A stretch of DNA of 63,711 bases, the filler included, from Octopus bimaculoides (Eukaryota), in NCBI RefSeq assembly GCF_001194135.2. It is 7 parts of 7 records of this genome, joined end to end, with 100 filler letters (N's around TTAATTAATTAA, not from the genome) between each part and the next. Parts side by side here need not be neighbours in the genome. Positions count along the whole stretch, not along the records: positions 1 to 8,448 come from NC_068998.1; positions 8,549 to 22,509 come from NC_068985.1; 5 more parts are not named here. One strand, written 5' to 3'. The notes beneath the pieces are model-generated. The model was not told where the DNA came from. It ran no database searches and was given only the letters and a program-made list of their open reading frames with translations. Within the stretch, counting starts at the first letter, position 1. Each line of letters opens with the position of its first letter. The translations under genes and the position numbers were made by a program. Below are positions 1-11,978 of the stretch, one piece after another.

Positions 1-51
1 TATATATATATATATATATATATATTATTTATATTATTATTATCTGACTGA

Positions 52-232
52 ACGCCTACTGCGGTTGCGGGTGAGAGTCACTTTCAGTGCCCTCACTACC
101 ACAGGATCTACCTGTCTCATATCGATCTTGTCAGGCACGTCCGTTACAATGAGAAACAATGGGCTGGAGACGGAGGAAGATGGATGTCCTGGATCGACGT
201 CGTCATCGTCTTTGATGGGCGGTCATAGCCAA
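52..232 (+). mobile_element. Decayed 3' end of an RTE-type non-LTR retrotransposon (C-terminal C2H2-like finger plus 3' UTR)
   Basis: The frame from 52 reads TPTAVAGESHFQCPHYHRIYLSHIDLVRHVR. This resembles the CPxCxRxxxSxIGLxSHxR finger that ends RTE ORF2, with the second Cys mutated to Tyr. Confidence 0.45.
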
Positions 233-283
233 GTAAACGTATATGTGTGTACGTGTGCGTGCGCGTGACTATTTGTGTGTGTG

Positions 284-340
<57 letters not shown>

Positions 341-382
341 TTATCTATCTGTATGAGTGTGCATGTATGTATGTATGTGTAT

Positions 383-413
<31 letters not shown>

Positions 414-414
414 G

Positions 415-465
<51 letters not shown>

Positions 466-475
466 CAGACAGATA
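284..475. repeat. Compound microsatellite (TCTA)n/(CA)n/(TA)n/(GATA)n; representative of dozens of such tracts across the window
   Basis: Read directly from the sequence. Confidence 0.95.
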
Positions 476-1589
476 TTCTTTTACTTCCTTACCTGTATCA
501 ATCTTCGAGCTGTGGCCATGCTGGGGCACCGGCATTGTTGTCAACACACACACACACACACATGTCGTATAGTGAAAACCTTTGTTCTTGTAGTCCATTA
601 TTGACTACATATGCTTCCGAATAATATTGCATGACAAAAAAAAAAGAAAGACAGAAATAAATAAAGAAAGAAAGAAAATGAAAAAGAAAGAAAGAGAAAA
701 ATAAAAAATAAAAGGGCCAGGAACCAGGAATGCATCAGTCAATATTATGCAATAAAACCATTTAGTTGTCTGGCTTTGCCCATTCAACAACAAAAGCTCA
801 TAATAAAATGTCACTGTGAGGACATTAATATATTCAGACTTTCTTCAACCTCGGTACTGTTTGGCAAGACTAAGTTCAAGATCTGACAAATTTCTAGAAC
901 CGTCTATAGTTAGAATGGTGCCATCACAATAGACTGAAAAACAATAAAGAAATACTGTTTGTAGATAAGTGTATTAGGATAGTAGCAGAGTGGAGATAAG
1001 CTTCCAGTAAAAATCTACTCTTTGACCACGTTCAGATTACGTTGCTGTTACATCGCTAATGCTCTTTAGATAGATGCATGAACGACGCGTAAACTCGTTT
1101 CTCTACCCCCACTCTCTTCGTCCCCCCCTCTTCACCCCCTCTCTCCCCCTCTCGCCCCCTCCTGCCGCCCGTTGTCTCTGAGGCTTTTGTTCTTACGTAA
1201 GAAATCAATAAGGAAACGGTGGTGGCGTTTGTGGTGGTGGTGGTGGTGGTANNNNNNNNNNNNNNNNNNNNNNNNNNNNNNNNNNNNNNNNNNNNNNNNN
1301 NNNNNNNNNNNNNNNNNNNNNNNNNNNNNNNNNNNGTGGTGGTTTTGGTGGTCTGGACGGCAAGTAAATACTATCTATGGTCTTTATATCGGTCGCTGAA
1401 TATCCAGATTACTGATATAAGCACTGTTTCTTGTCAAATGGAAGATTAAACATTCGTAATTATGATATATCATGATTGCTGTTGTTGTTGTTTTTGCTGT
1501 TGTTGTTGTTATTGTTGTTGCCACTTCTGTTGTAGTTGTTGTCGTCGTCGTCGTCGTCGCCATCGTTGTTGTTGTTGTTGTTGTTGTTT

Positions 1590-1790
1590 TGTAGCCCAAA
1601 GTCAACCCAGATCATAAAACGAAAAACAGAACAAAACGCCAAAGGCCAGAGGTCTTCCAGACATCCCGTGACCATCTCTCCTTTTAGGAAATATATCAAG
1701 GACATTAGATTATGTAACGTGTCTTTCCAACTTTTTAAGAGTGAGAGTGTGGCTTGAGGGAGAATTGGCTGTTGTTTCTAGCATGACTAG
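1590..1790 (+). repeat. Dispersed repeat fragment (family G); related degenerate pieces near 8020-8170, 46680-46770 and 53788-53975
   Basis: Shared motifs (GTT)n-TAGCCC...GTCAACC and GAGGGAGA(A/T)TTGGCTG(T/C)T(G/A)TTTCTA occur in both orientations at these sites. Confidence 0.4.
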
Positions 1791-3466
1791 CTTCCACCTT
1801 GCAGCTTCCACTTTTCCTAATTGGCGGCTTAGTGACATATCGGAATAAAATGTGGAGGCGGCTTCTTTGAATTGTTTACAACCATTCTTGTTGTGGCATT
1901 TTAATGTCCCTTTGTAAGTAGATAGACACATACATTATACAGCTTCCCAGGCAGCGAACAGTCGTTTACTGGTAAGAAACACAGACAATAAAATGAAACA
2001 TATAGGAGGAAGAATAAAAACAAAAACAAAAACGAGAAGGGTAATATTTTGCCAGTGGTGTGTGACTGGATGTGCTAAACATGTTTCACACACGGCCGTG
2101 TAACTATAAGCACCGTGGCTCTGTATCAAATAGAATAACGTGGTATGGTATAACTTAATTGTTTATAGAAAAGGAAAAAGAAAAAAAGACAAAAAAAAAG
2201 GAGGAGGAGGAGAGAAGAAAGGAAGAAAGAGAAGTGAGAAGAAGGAGGAGGAGGAGAAGGAGAAGTAGGAGAGATAGAGCGACAAAGAATTCGAACGATA
2301 AATATGAATATGCAATGTAAACTGAACACTTTTAATCCAACAAAGATCAGGCTTTCTCTCGGGGCGAAGACAGGAAGAACGTGTCACAGCGGAATAAAGC
2401 GAATCTGGGTCAAGAGAGTGAGATGGTCGAATATAAAAGACATTCAGGAAATTGACTGAGCGGCAGTGCTAAAATACCAATATTCATCTGTCAATTTGTT
2501 TTCACTGTGACCAGCTCAGTTTAATAATCTTTTATTCCTGTCCCATAATGTTGTCATTAGCGTAGTTCCATAGCAGCATGTCTGTCTGTCGGCCGCTGGT
2601 TGAGAGAAGGCAAGGCGCTTTTCACTAACAACAACAACAGCGGACTTCAGTCGTTGCAAGAACTATTTTATCTGATTCATCCGTTACAAAAGGGACAGTT
2701 TCTATATTTGGCATTTAACTTCCACTGAAAATTTCTTATTAATAATTCCAAATAAATATTTTAAAATCAACAAAATTTTTGTCATTGTCATTGTTGTTTT
2801 GTTTTGTCTTTTTCTTCAAAATTAATTAAAAACAACACAAAAAATTAACATGGCGTAAGCGTTTTTATGAGAAATTATTTCAAATAAATAAAATTGTTCG
2901 TCTTGCATTTAATTTATATATAACACAGACAGAAAAACAAGCATTTAGATTAAATTGCTACAATGTTCAGTCAGTTTCTTCGAGTAGAACATATAGGCAG
3001 CCGACAATCTCTCTCCCATTGTAACTCCCTACTTCCTCTCTCTCTTTCCCTTTAATCTCCTCTCTTTCTTTCTCTTTCCAATATTTCCTCTCCCTTCATT
3101 ATCCCTTGATTCAAATTGCCTCAGCAAGGCAGACACTTATTTGACTATCTACTGCAGACATTTTCTCCAACCTTGCATAGTAGCTTTGTGTTTGGTCTAC
3201 TCTGTGAAACTTGCTGAAGCGGGCGAGGTAGTCGGTGCGAAAGGGGAACGACCTCGTCAGGCTTTTTTAATTTTGGAAATCTTAAGTTTTAAATACTTCT
3301 CCAGGTTTGAATTAATATATTCCGTCATACCTAGAACATGCATGTAAAGTACAATAAAATAAATTTAAGTAAATGACTAATTAATTAATAAAAGAGCATT
3401 GCAATATACTAATTTAACGAACTCGACTAAAATTCCATCATTATATCTGGGACACCAATGTGTCTA

Positions 3467-4000
3467 TTATAAGTGTGTGTGTGCATGTGTGTGTATGTGT
3501 ATGTGTGCATGTGTGTGTGCGTGTATGTATGTGTGTATGTGCATGTGTATGTGTGTGAATGTGTGTGTATACCTATGTATGAGTGTTTGAGTGTGCATGC
3601 GCGTGCATGTGTGTGCGTATGCGTGCATGCGTGCGCGTGCATGTGTGTGCGTATGCGTGCATGCGTGCGCGTGTGAGCATGCATCTACATGCGTGCAAAT
3701 GTGTGTACGTGTGTGCGTGCGTGTGTGGGTATGTGCGCATGTGTGTATGTGCACATGTGTGCGTGTGTACGTGTGCGCGTTTGTATGTGCGTGCATGTGT
3801 GCATGTGCGCACGTGTGTACAAGCGTGTCTATGTGCGTACATGTATGTGCATGTGCACGTATGCATGTACCTATGTACGAATGTTTGCGCGTGCGTGCGC
3901 ATGCACGTTCATATGCATATATGTACATATGTGCATGTGAGCATGTGCGTATGTGACTGCATATGTACGTGTGTACGCGCGTGTGTACGCGCGTGTGTAT
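3467..4000. repeat. About 530-bp degenerate alternating purine-pyrimidine tract (TG/CA/CG/TA)
   Basis: Near-continuous RY alternation, uninterrupted from 3591 to 3675, including a 34-bp internal direct repeat. Confidence 0.9.
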
Positions 4001-4450
4001 CTACAGATATCTTAATACTCTACCCTAAGAGACTGACGTTACAAAAGCAGCACATGTCTATCTACCGTTTTGCATATTCTTTTCGAAATTCAAGTTATTC
4101 CATAGTTTCTCCTTAAACCTTATCTGCATTACAATCGATGCACTAGGCTGACGTATCCACTATCCGACATTCTCCTCCGACACATCCCAACTCCACTGTC
4201 TGGCTTTTGTATAGATAGGCCAACTATAAATTTTGTATAAAGACAATACTTACTATTCATATTATTCCCTGTCTGTCTGCCTGGCTGGTTGGCTAACAGG
4301 CTGGGTGCATGTGTGTGAGTGTGTGTGTGTGTGTGTGTGTGGGAGAGAGAGAGAGAGAGAGAGAGCATGCACGCGCGCGTATGTGTATGTGTGTGTGCGT
4401 GTGCATGTATGTATACATGCATATACATATATACATGTATATATATATAT

Positions 4451-4655
4451 TCTTTTATTCTTTTATTCGTTTCAGTCATTTGACTGTGGCCATGCTGGAG
4501 CACCGCCTTTAGTCGAACAAACCGATCCCAGGACTTATTCTTTGTAAGCCTAGTGCTTATTCTATCGGTCTCTTTTGCCGAACCACTAAGTTACGGGGAC
4601 ATAAACACACCAGCATTTGTTGTCAAGCGATGTTGTGAGGACAAACACACATACA
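4451..4655 (-). mobile_element. SINE family A, 3' half
   Basis: Reverse complement of the 3' halves at 39060-39242, 49800-49980 and 54690-54865 (GGCGGTGCTCCAGCATGGCC.CAGTCAAATGACTGAAAC). Confidence 0.85.
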
Positions 4656-4947
4656 CACACACACACACACACACANNNNNNNNNNNNNNNNNNNNNNNNN
4701 NNNNNNNNNNNNNNNNNNNNNNNNNNNNNNNNNNNNNNNNNNNNNNNNNNNNNNNNNNNNNNNNNNNNNNNNNNNNNNNNNNNNNNNNNNNNNNNNNNNN
4801 NNNNNNNNNNNNNNNNNNNNNNNNNNNNNNNNNNNNNNNNNNNNNNNNNNNNNNNNNNATACATGTATGTATAGTGTAAGTATATATATATATAAATATA
4901 TATAAAGTTATTAATATTTCTAAGTCTCTCTAAAGGAGACTACGACA

Positions 4948-5044
<97 letters not shown>

Positions 5045-5179
5045 TGTGTGTGTATGTGCATACACACACATGTATTGATGCTTCTAGCAATGCTCTTCGT
5101 GCCAAAGTTGAGGATGAGGTTTCCATAAAAATACAAAGTGAAGTGAACTTGAAATCAACGTCTATGAAGCTGAATGGAG

Positions 5180-5241
5180 GCTCCAATAGATCAATCAGCT
5201 CCAATAGATCAATCAGCTCCAATAGGTCGATCGGCTCCAAT
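5180..5241 (+). repeat. 18-bp tandem repeat, about 3.4 copies (GCTCCAATAGATCAATCA)
   Basis: Units at 5180, 5198, 5216 (variant) and 5234 (partial). Confidence 0.9.
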
Positions 5242-5964
5242 CCTCTTGATTTCCTTGTCATTAGATTCAGCTTGGTTTGATTTTTGTGTTTCAATATCCT
5301 TTTTGAGGTGCACAGGTGTGTTCGTTCTGTGGACGAGCTCTAATTTGACGAACTTTTCAGCAATCGGAGAAGAAAGACGAGAGTAGGTGACAAACGACTG
5401 GAAGGTCTTTGTCAAGAAGCAACAAGAAAGCAGCGAATGCCTGCTTCAGTCGTCCGACTATTGGACAGATCCAGCAAGGTTGTTTTGGCAGCATTTGCAT
5501 GTTTTGGGCAGCCTTATTGAGGGTCCACTCTGCTTACTCTGTACTGGGGAAGAGGAAGAAAAAGAGTCCTTAAATATAGCCTGTGTCGTCTCATCTTGTG
5601 TAGAAAGCAGCATCCGGGGGTTCGCTATTGTGCGATTGAAATATATTAAGTAGCAAAGCTATGATGGAGAACTCAAAGACAAATAGCTAGATGGGGGTAA
5701 GAGAAAGAGAGAGAGGCAAGGAAGACTGCTTTTGTTGTTCGTAAAATTCAGAAATTTGATTTTGATGTCGTTGCTTGGAGTGGAACCCTCGAGGCTGAAG
5801 TGGGGTAACTGAAGAATGTGCAATGTCAACATCATGTAGCTCTGCGAATCCAGTTCGTCAAGAACCAACACACGGCCACCACCACCTGAAGATAAAGTAA
5901 TGAGACTTAAATATTTTTTTTTTAAATTTTTCTTTCACTAACATCAACAAGATCATTCTCTTAA

Positions 5965-6187
5965 CCCATTAAGTCCCAAAGTACTTAAATTTCTGAATAT
6001 TACTTTTAAATTTTTACAGATGATTGAAAATAGGCTAAAATGAAAAAGATAATTATTGAAACTCATTTACTTCAAGTAGAAATGGAAGTACTCGGTGTCC
6101 TATAAATAGGACACTGAGACAACTTGATATAGCTTATTTAATGTTCTCATTTAGTGTCCTATTTATAGGACAGTGGGACTTAATGGG
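5965..6187. mobile_element. piggyBac-type MITE, 223 bp
   Basis: TTAA on both sides (5961-5964, 6188-6191). Perfect 14-bp TIR CCCATTAAGTCCCA/TGGGACTTAATGGG. Two internal near-palindromes GTGTCCTAT(AA/TT)(A/T)TAGGACA. Confidence 0.9.
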
Positions 6188-6802
6188 TTAAGGAGGCTTC
6201 AATATCAGACTCGACAAAGATCACAGCTTTTAGACATAGACTTTTTCCAGGATGGTCGATCTGTCATACTCCTCCCGCTTCTCTTTAACTAGTCCTCCTG
6301 CATTTATGGTCGTCTTGAAACATCAGGTTCCAAGTGTACATCGAATGGTTGTTTTCCAGTTCGGCTTCTGGTGTTCACGTTATGACAGTCTTTGCCTGCC
6401 AAAGGGTTGGCAGCAACAAACTACAACTTGCCAGGAGAAACCAACTGAGCAGCACAATGTTTTAAACAGCGGCTGGAATTTGCTTTGCAGAATCATTTCT
6501 TCAGTTGTAATTCTATCTCACCAGGTGATTTTGGAGGGCTTCCGTTGGCATCGTTGATGGAATCTATCATCAAAGTAAGAGATAGTAAAGCCAGCGCTAA
6601 TAGAAAAATTCTACATATCAAATGTGCTGAACACAACCTAATGATTATAAACAATATAATTGACCAGGGGCGCAAAGATTCCCAGCAACATCCAAGCCCC
6701 AAGGAATGATACATAATCGACTATAATCGATCTTACGATCTCTGACCAACAGACGTACTGAAAACAGAAGACATTATTAGTATCTACTAGTGTTGTTTAG
6801 AG

Positions 6803-7097
6803 CAGGGGTTTTCAAACTTTTTGACTTGCGGACCCCTTTATATTTCAGGCTTTACCTTAGGGACCCCCTTATAAACGCTTATGAAATTTATACATAAATA
6901 TTTGCTTAAAATAACATATATGTTTACATTTATTTATTTAACAGTATTTAACAAATAGGTTTATTGTCAATTAAAAGATTTCGATTAAAAAACATATAAA
7001 ATCAAATTGCCCATAAAAGGTATTTGCTGTCTACGGACCCCCTGTCTTCTCCTTGCGGACCCCCTGTGGTCCGCGGACCACAGTTTGAAAACCTCTG
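6803..7097. mobile_element. hAT (Charlie-like) MITE, 295 bp
   Basis: TIR CAGGGGTTTTCAAACT / AGTTTGAAAACCTCTG. 8-bp TSD GTTTAGAG / GTTTAAAG (7 of 8 match). Repeated subterminal GCGGACCCC motifs. Confidence 0.9.
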
Positions 7098-7696
7098 GTT
7101 TAAAGCATTGCCTTTTCTCATTGATCATGCGAATGAAGATTTGGACAAAAAGAAAAATCAAACTCGAACCACTATCAAGATATTCAATGTTGAATATCTC
7201 AAGACATCAACCATGTACAGAAATTTCAAAAAATCTTCAACGGCAACTGCCAAAGCATGTCCAGCGAACCGAAGAAGGACGCTGAAATCTACTGAAGAAC
7301 GCTATAATCACATCCTTGTGAGGTTACAATTAGGTTCCAGAAAAAGCATCTTGATTGGTTGAGTAATAATTATAGACAGCTCCGACAAAAAGAGAAACGG
7401 TTTCGTTTCCTTACAATCGACTAACCTTCAACAACCGAAAGACTCTGGTATTTACTCAATCGAATCCTCTGGCCGAAACCGCTAAGTTGCAGGGACATAA
7501 ACAAACCAGCCCCGGTTGATAAGCGGCGAGGAGGCAAACAGATTGACAAAGATACACACTCATATCTATCTACATATATATCTATTCACAAACGTATATG
7601 CATACATCCACGCAAGCGCTCACACACATAAATACCCACCAAAAATCACACACGCGCATACATGTATAATCGACGGGTTTCTATACAGTTTCTTAT

Positions 7697-7895
7697 TTCT
7701 TTAATGCCCACAAGGGGCTAAACATAGAGGAGACAAAAACAAGGACAGACAAATAGATTAAGTCGGTTATATCGACCCCCAGTGCGTAACTGGTACTTAT
7801 TTAATCGACCACGAAAGGATGAAAGGCAAAGTCGACCTCGGCGGAATTTGAACTCAGAACGTAACGGCAGACGAAATACCGCAAGACATTGGCCG
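7697..7895 (-). mobile_element. SINE family B (tRNA-headed), head truncated
   Basis: Minus strand has a B box GAGTTCAAATTCC followed by GTCGACTTTGCCTTTCATCCTTTC. Near-identical to 56045-56272. Confidence 0.85.
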
Positions 7896-8492
7896 GCTTG
7901 GGTGCTACAGTAAAAGACACTTGGCACGGATGCCGCGTATTTGGGACGAAACTTCCAATTCTTGTTGTTGCAAAGCGACATTCTAAATCACACAACTATC
8001 ACTATCGTTGGTGATAATCAATGTACAACTTTCAAATGAAGCATTTTCACTGGAAATCACAGCCAAAGTCTTCCTCACATCGTCAGGGAAAGACAAGGTA
8101 GATAATGTAGTCCACGATGCACGTTGGTTTCTTTAGAAAAAAGCTAAAAATGTCATGTTAGTTTAAGTAAGGTAGAATAGTTTCAAACGGGAAATGAAAT
8201 TTTGCATCATAAAAAAGTATGAACGCAGAGATGTTTGTTTGGTTTAAATGATTTGTAAATATGCCGTTTCAGGGTGGTCGTTGATCATTAGTTTATTTGT
8301 GTTCGGAATTGTTTTGGGATAAAACAACTATTGTACTGCTGGTTACACACACACGCCCCCCCCCCATACACGCACACAAATACACACACATATATATGCA
8401 AGCATACACTTGTAAATGCATATATATATATGCATGAGTATATATATANNNNNNNNNNNNNNNNNNNNNNNNNNNNNNNNNNNNNNNNNNNN

Positions 8493-8504
8493 TTAATTAA
8501 TTAA
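8493..8504. other. Assembly linker TTAATTAATTAA inside N gaps (also at 22554, 28258, 48055, 57339 and 59996)
   Basis: The identical 12-mer is centred in six ~100-bp N gaps and gives stop codons in all six frames. Confidence 0.95.
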
Positions 8505-8548
8505 NNNNNNNNNNNNNNNNNNNNNNNNNNNNNNNNNNNNNNNNNNNN

Positions 8549-8742
8549 CATAACAAAAACACCTGGACTTACAAATATATATAACATACAGAAAATTGCA
8601 CTACTGGGTACTGCACACATTCTACGCAAAACACTTTCAATACAGTAACCATAAGAGCACCACAGCAAACCACAGCACATACCCAAGGCGCACAGAGCTG
8701 CGCTCGGTAGTGAAGTGAAAGCACGTTATAAAAATAAAACTA

Positions 8743-8812
<70 letters not shown>
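8549..8812 (+). mobile_element. 3' end of an R4/Dong-type (RLE) non-LTR retrotransposon with (AAT)n tail
   Basis: Reads ITKTPGLTNIYNIQKIALLGTAHILRKTLSIQ* (stop at 8646-8648), then about 100 bp of UTR, then (AAT)n. Confidence 0.75.
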
Positions 8813-8841
<29 letters not shown>

Positions 8842-9261
8842 AAGAAGAAGAAGAAGAAAGACAGACAGACAGAAAGAAAGAAAGAAAGAAAGATGAGCTA
8901 CCACAAATATTTTTATTAATGATGGGCTACAGCAAATATTCTACTGAATACCATAGATATACTTGTCATTCGTTTGAGCTTAACCAGATGAACATGTCCC
9001 TTAGTGGCTGACAATATGTGCATTTCTAATCACGAGCAGAAGTAGTCGAGGACTTCATTGGGGTTTGAATATTTCGTCGATGGAAATATGGGTTTTTCCT
9101 TCAACAGCCTTATTTAAACAACCCTTATTTAGGGATCTTTTGAACCCGATGGGTTACTCAACTTTGAGTAGCCTATCTGCAAGCTCATGTGCTGTTTATC
9201 TTGATATGAGTTCGCCGTGTCACACACATATTTTCCTGATGCATGTGCATTGTGTACCCTT

Positions 9262-9359
9262 ATCAAAGCAAAAGGGGAGGAAACTCTTTTTATTTTCTTG
9301 AGAATAATTAAATTCAATCATTACAATATTATAATTCAGAAAAATGCATTCTCATAACA
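9262..9359 (-). repeat. Truncated 3' LTR
   Basis: TGTTATGAGAATGCATTTTTCT...TTATTCTCAAG...CTCCCCTTTTGCTTTGAT matches the start of the 5' LTR. Homology stops at 9262. Confidence 0.7.
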
Positions 9360-9569
9360 CTTCATGCCTTAAGGGAAAGAAAGTTTCACAGAAACTTTCT
9401 GTTACAATAATAATGATAATACAATTAACATTATAAGCATAACACAGATGTACCAAATACAATACAGATACATCATACAGAATCAAGCAAATATACAAAA
9501 TGCCATAAAATGCCTACACAATCCCATAAAAATACAACTTCCCAAATTCACACTTGGTAAGATTCACAG

Positions 9570-11330
9570 TTAATTTTCCTTCAGACAGTCTTTCGAAGAA
9601 AGCGCGAATTCTCTTATGAAGGTCTTTCCACTACATGGTGTAAGTGATAGCATCATCCATGTAGGCTTCGACGAGGCATAGGAAATAAAACTAATACTGT
9701 CACCAAGAATGAAATTACTTACTTTTTTTAAACTTCTGATAGAATTTTGCTTCATTTCTGCTTGTGAAGCTTTCAAATTTTGTCTGGCCAACTAACATGC
9801 TTTCGAAAGTCTATTCCGAAGTGTAGAAACACAGTCCAAAAGATGGATCTCAGGATCGTGATTGCACAATTGCTCTTTTAGATGTTTTAATGGCCCACGC
9901 ACACTATGACCAAGTATAAGTTAAAAGGGACTGAACCCTAACTTTTCCTGAACTAATTCCCGACACCAAACAGCAACAAATGCGCACTCTCATCTCAATC
10001 TTTCTCTGTCTCAAAGCAATAAGTCTTGTTCATATTCTCCATGGTTTGATAAAATCTCTCTAAAGATCCCTGTGAATCAGGATGATAAGCACTTCACTCA
10101 GCCTGCTCAATATCCAACTTGTATATAACTTGTTGAAAAGCCTTAGACACAAAATTTGAGCCCTGAATAGATTGAACAACAGGTGAAATATTTGATCAAA
10201 GATTTGACAAGAACAGGAACGATAATCCTACGAAGAGGAATAGCTTCAGGAAATATGATAGAAGCACACATGATAGTGAGAAGATACTATAATCCGACTA
10301 AGCATTAGGTAGTGGATCAACACGTTCAATGGTAACTCGACTGAAAGGTTCCCGAAAGCCGGTATAGGATTCACAAGAGCGGGAGGAATGTTCTGATTTG
10401 GTTTTCCAACAATTTGGCATGCATGACAGGTTTTACAAAATTCTGCCACATCTTGTGCCTGAATTTTCTCACAAGTTTTGTCTCCACCTATATGACCTGC
10501 CATAGGACTTTCGTGATCCCATGAAAGTACATGATTTCGTAACAATTTGGGTACCACAATTTGATGATGCATTTGCTATTCATAGCTGGCAGGAATGTCC
10601 GGTGGTCTATATTTCCTCATCAGAACATCATCCTTAAAGTAATATCAAACTAGAACTTTGCTAACCTCCTCAAAACAAGCAGCCTTATTAGCTAACTTCT
10701 GCAACTCAACATCCTCACCCTGTGCACTAATAAGCTGCTCTCTAGAAACAATGTGATCACCTCATGACACACTGTTAGACTTATCAAGAAGACCCGAAGA
10801 GTTACTCCACTTTGAAGATAAGTCATCAGTCTCTACCTTACAAGAAGAATAATCCATGAAAGTACCTGACAAATCATAAATGGAATCATTCAGCAAAAAA
10901 ATCTTGGTTGAAATGTCTTTAGATATCGAACGGGTCACTGCACAAGAAAGAAAAATACCGGGAAAATCATCCTCCAACTTTTGCGTGCTAACTGAGCTCT
11001 CAGTATAAACAGTGACAATAGGATCAGTACCAACTTTGGACACCATAATATCATATCCGATCAGCAAATCGACAGCTGGAACTGGGAGAGAGTCAAGAAC
11101 ACCGAATTTCACCTCACCAGAAATCAGATCTGAAGTTAAATTCACAAAATTGAGAGAAGCAGAAAAATTGCCACCTGTACACTGAAGCAAACCATCTGTG
11201 TTCGCTGAGACTCACCAGAAATAGACTAGATACCTTTCAAAATCAGAGACTGAAGAGCTCCAGTATTCCTCAAAATAGTGACGGACGGTGGAGTAGACTT
11301 ATCTCCCATAAACAACACAGCACCTTTGTA
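9570..11330 (-). pseudogene. Gypsy pol remnant: aspartic protease directly followed by integrase
   Basis: ILRNTGA (DTG mutated to NTG, 11259-11267), LPVPAVDLLIG, CAVTRS, HQIVVP...H...GHIG...CKTCHACQ (HHCC). Frameshifted core pieces YLLTIMC, FPEAIPL, AYHPDSQGSLERF and GFSPF follow. Confidence 0.9.
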
Positions 11331-11550
11331 AAGAAAGGGCAAAAACTCCTTCTGAGCTCACCAGTTTGAAATGTTCAGAAATTTCCAATAAATCTGATTT
11401 GCTCAAAACACCGACTCTCTCATGGGTAGGGACTTAGGAAAATCCATATTTTCTGGTTTCACAGTTAACTCGTTTGCGAAAAGAAAATAAAGAATTTGAA
11501 ATAGATTATTTTTTTTTTTACAAATTGCCACAAAATGTCAAATGATTTCT

Positions 11551-11568
11551 ATCCCGGATGAGCCTCCA
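11551..11568 (-). other. Primer-binding site complementary to the tRNA-Pro 3' end
   Basis: TGGAGGCTCATCCGGGAT versus the canonical TGGGGGCTCGTCCGGGAT (16 of 18 match). Confidence 0.85.
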
Positions 11569-11573
11569 ATTTT

Positions 11574-11978
11574 TGTTACGTTACTGCATGACAAGGAAAC
11601 AGTCCCCGCTCGAAACCAGCTAGTAAAACAGAAGGTCTGTACAATTGAGTCATGTATTAAGAAATATGGTAAAAGTTTACAATAATGGCAGTACAGTGTT
11701 GTTACAAAATATTTGAGTCAATAGCCGAATATTGGTCAAGATAAAATAGTCACCAAAGTCATGAGTCCAAGATGTATGAATTGAAGATGTGAGTTCTTGA
11801 TAACAGAGTTCAATGTCGAAAATGACAAGTCGTATTACTTCTTCAAACGTCCGCCTTTCCCCCTAAATTCGTAATTTATTGGAGCCGAGCCGATCAAAGC
11901 AAAAGGGGAGACTACTCTTAATATTCTTGAGAATAACTAAAGCTCACATCTTTAGAAGAAAAATACATGCTCATAACA
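11574..11978 (-). repeat. 5' LTR, 405 bp
   Basis: Begins TGTTA and ends TAACA on the minus strand. The first ~90 bp are homologous to 9262-9359. The PBS follows 5 nt downstream. Confidence 0.8.

Larger units (their letters stand above)
5830..7360 (-). mobile_element. Ancient RTE-type LINE ORF2 remnant interrupted by two MITEs
   Basis: Minus-strand motifs occur in the expected order: LRFAGH (FADD-like, 7257-7274), IVDYVSFLG (YLG-like, about 6700-6720), FHQRCQRKPSKITW*DRITTEE (6500-6562), TDRPSWKKS (6239-6265) and a possible finger relic near 5880-5830. Many stops and frameshifts. Confidence 0.5.
9262..11978 (-). mobile_element. Internally deleted Ty3/Gypsy LTR retrotransposon of Gmr1 type (no gag, no RT/RNaseH)
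   Basis: 5' LTR, tRNA-Pro PBS, protease region running into integrase, PPT-like purine stretch at 9360-9372 and the start of a 3' LTR. Confidence 0.9.

Noticed and set aside
6485-6709. Plus-strand HIKCAEHNL resembling the hAT transposase CxxH motif
   Set aside because: Single short motif. The opposite strand gives several ordered RTE motifs, which is the better explanation.
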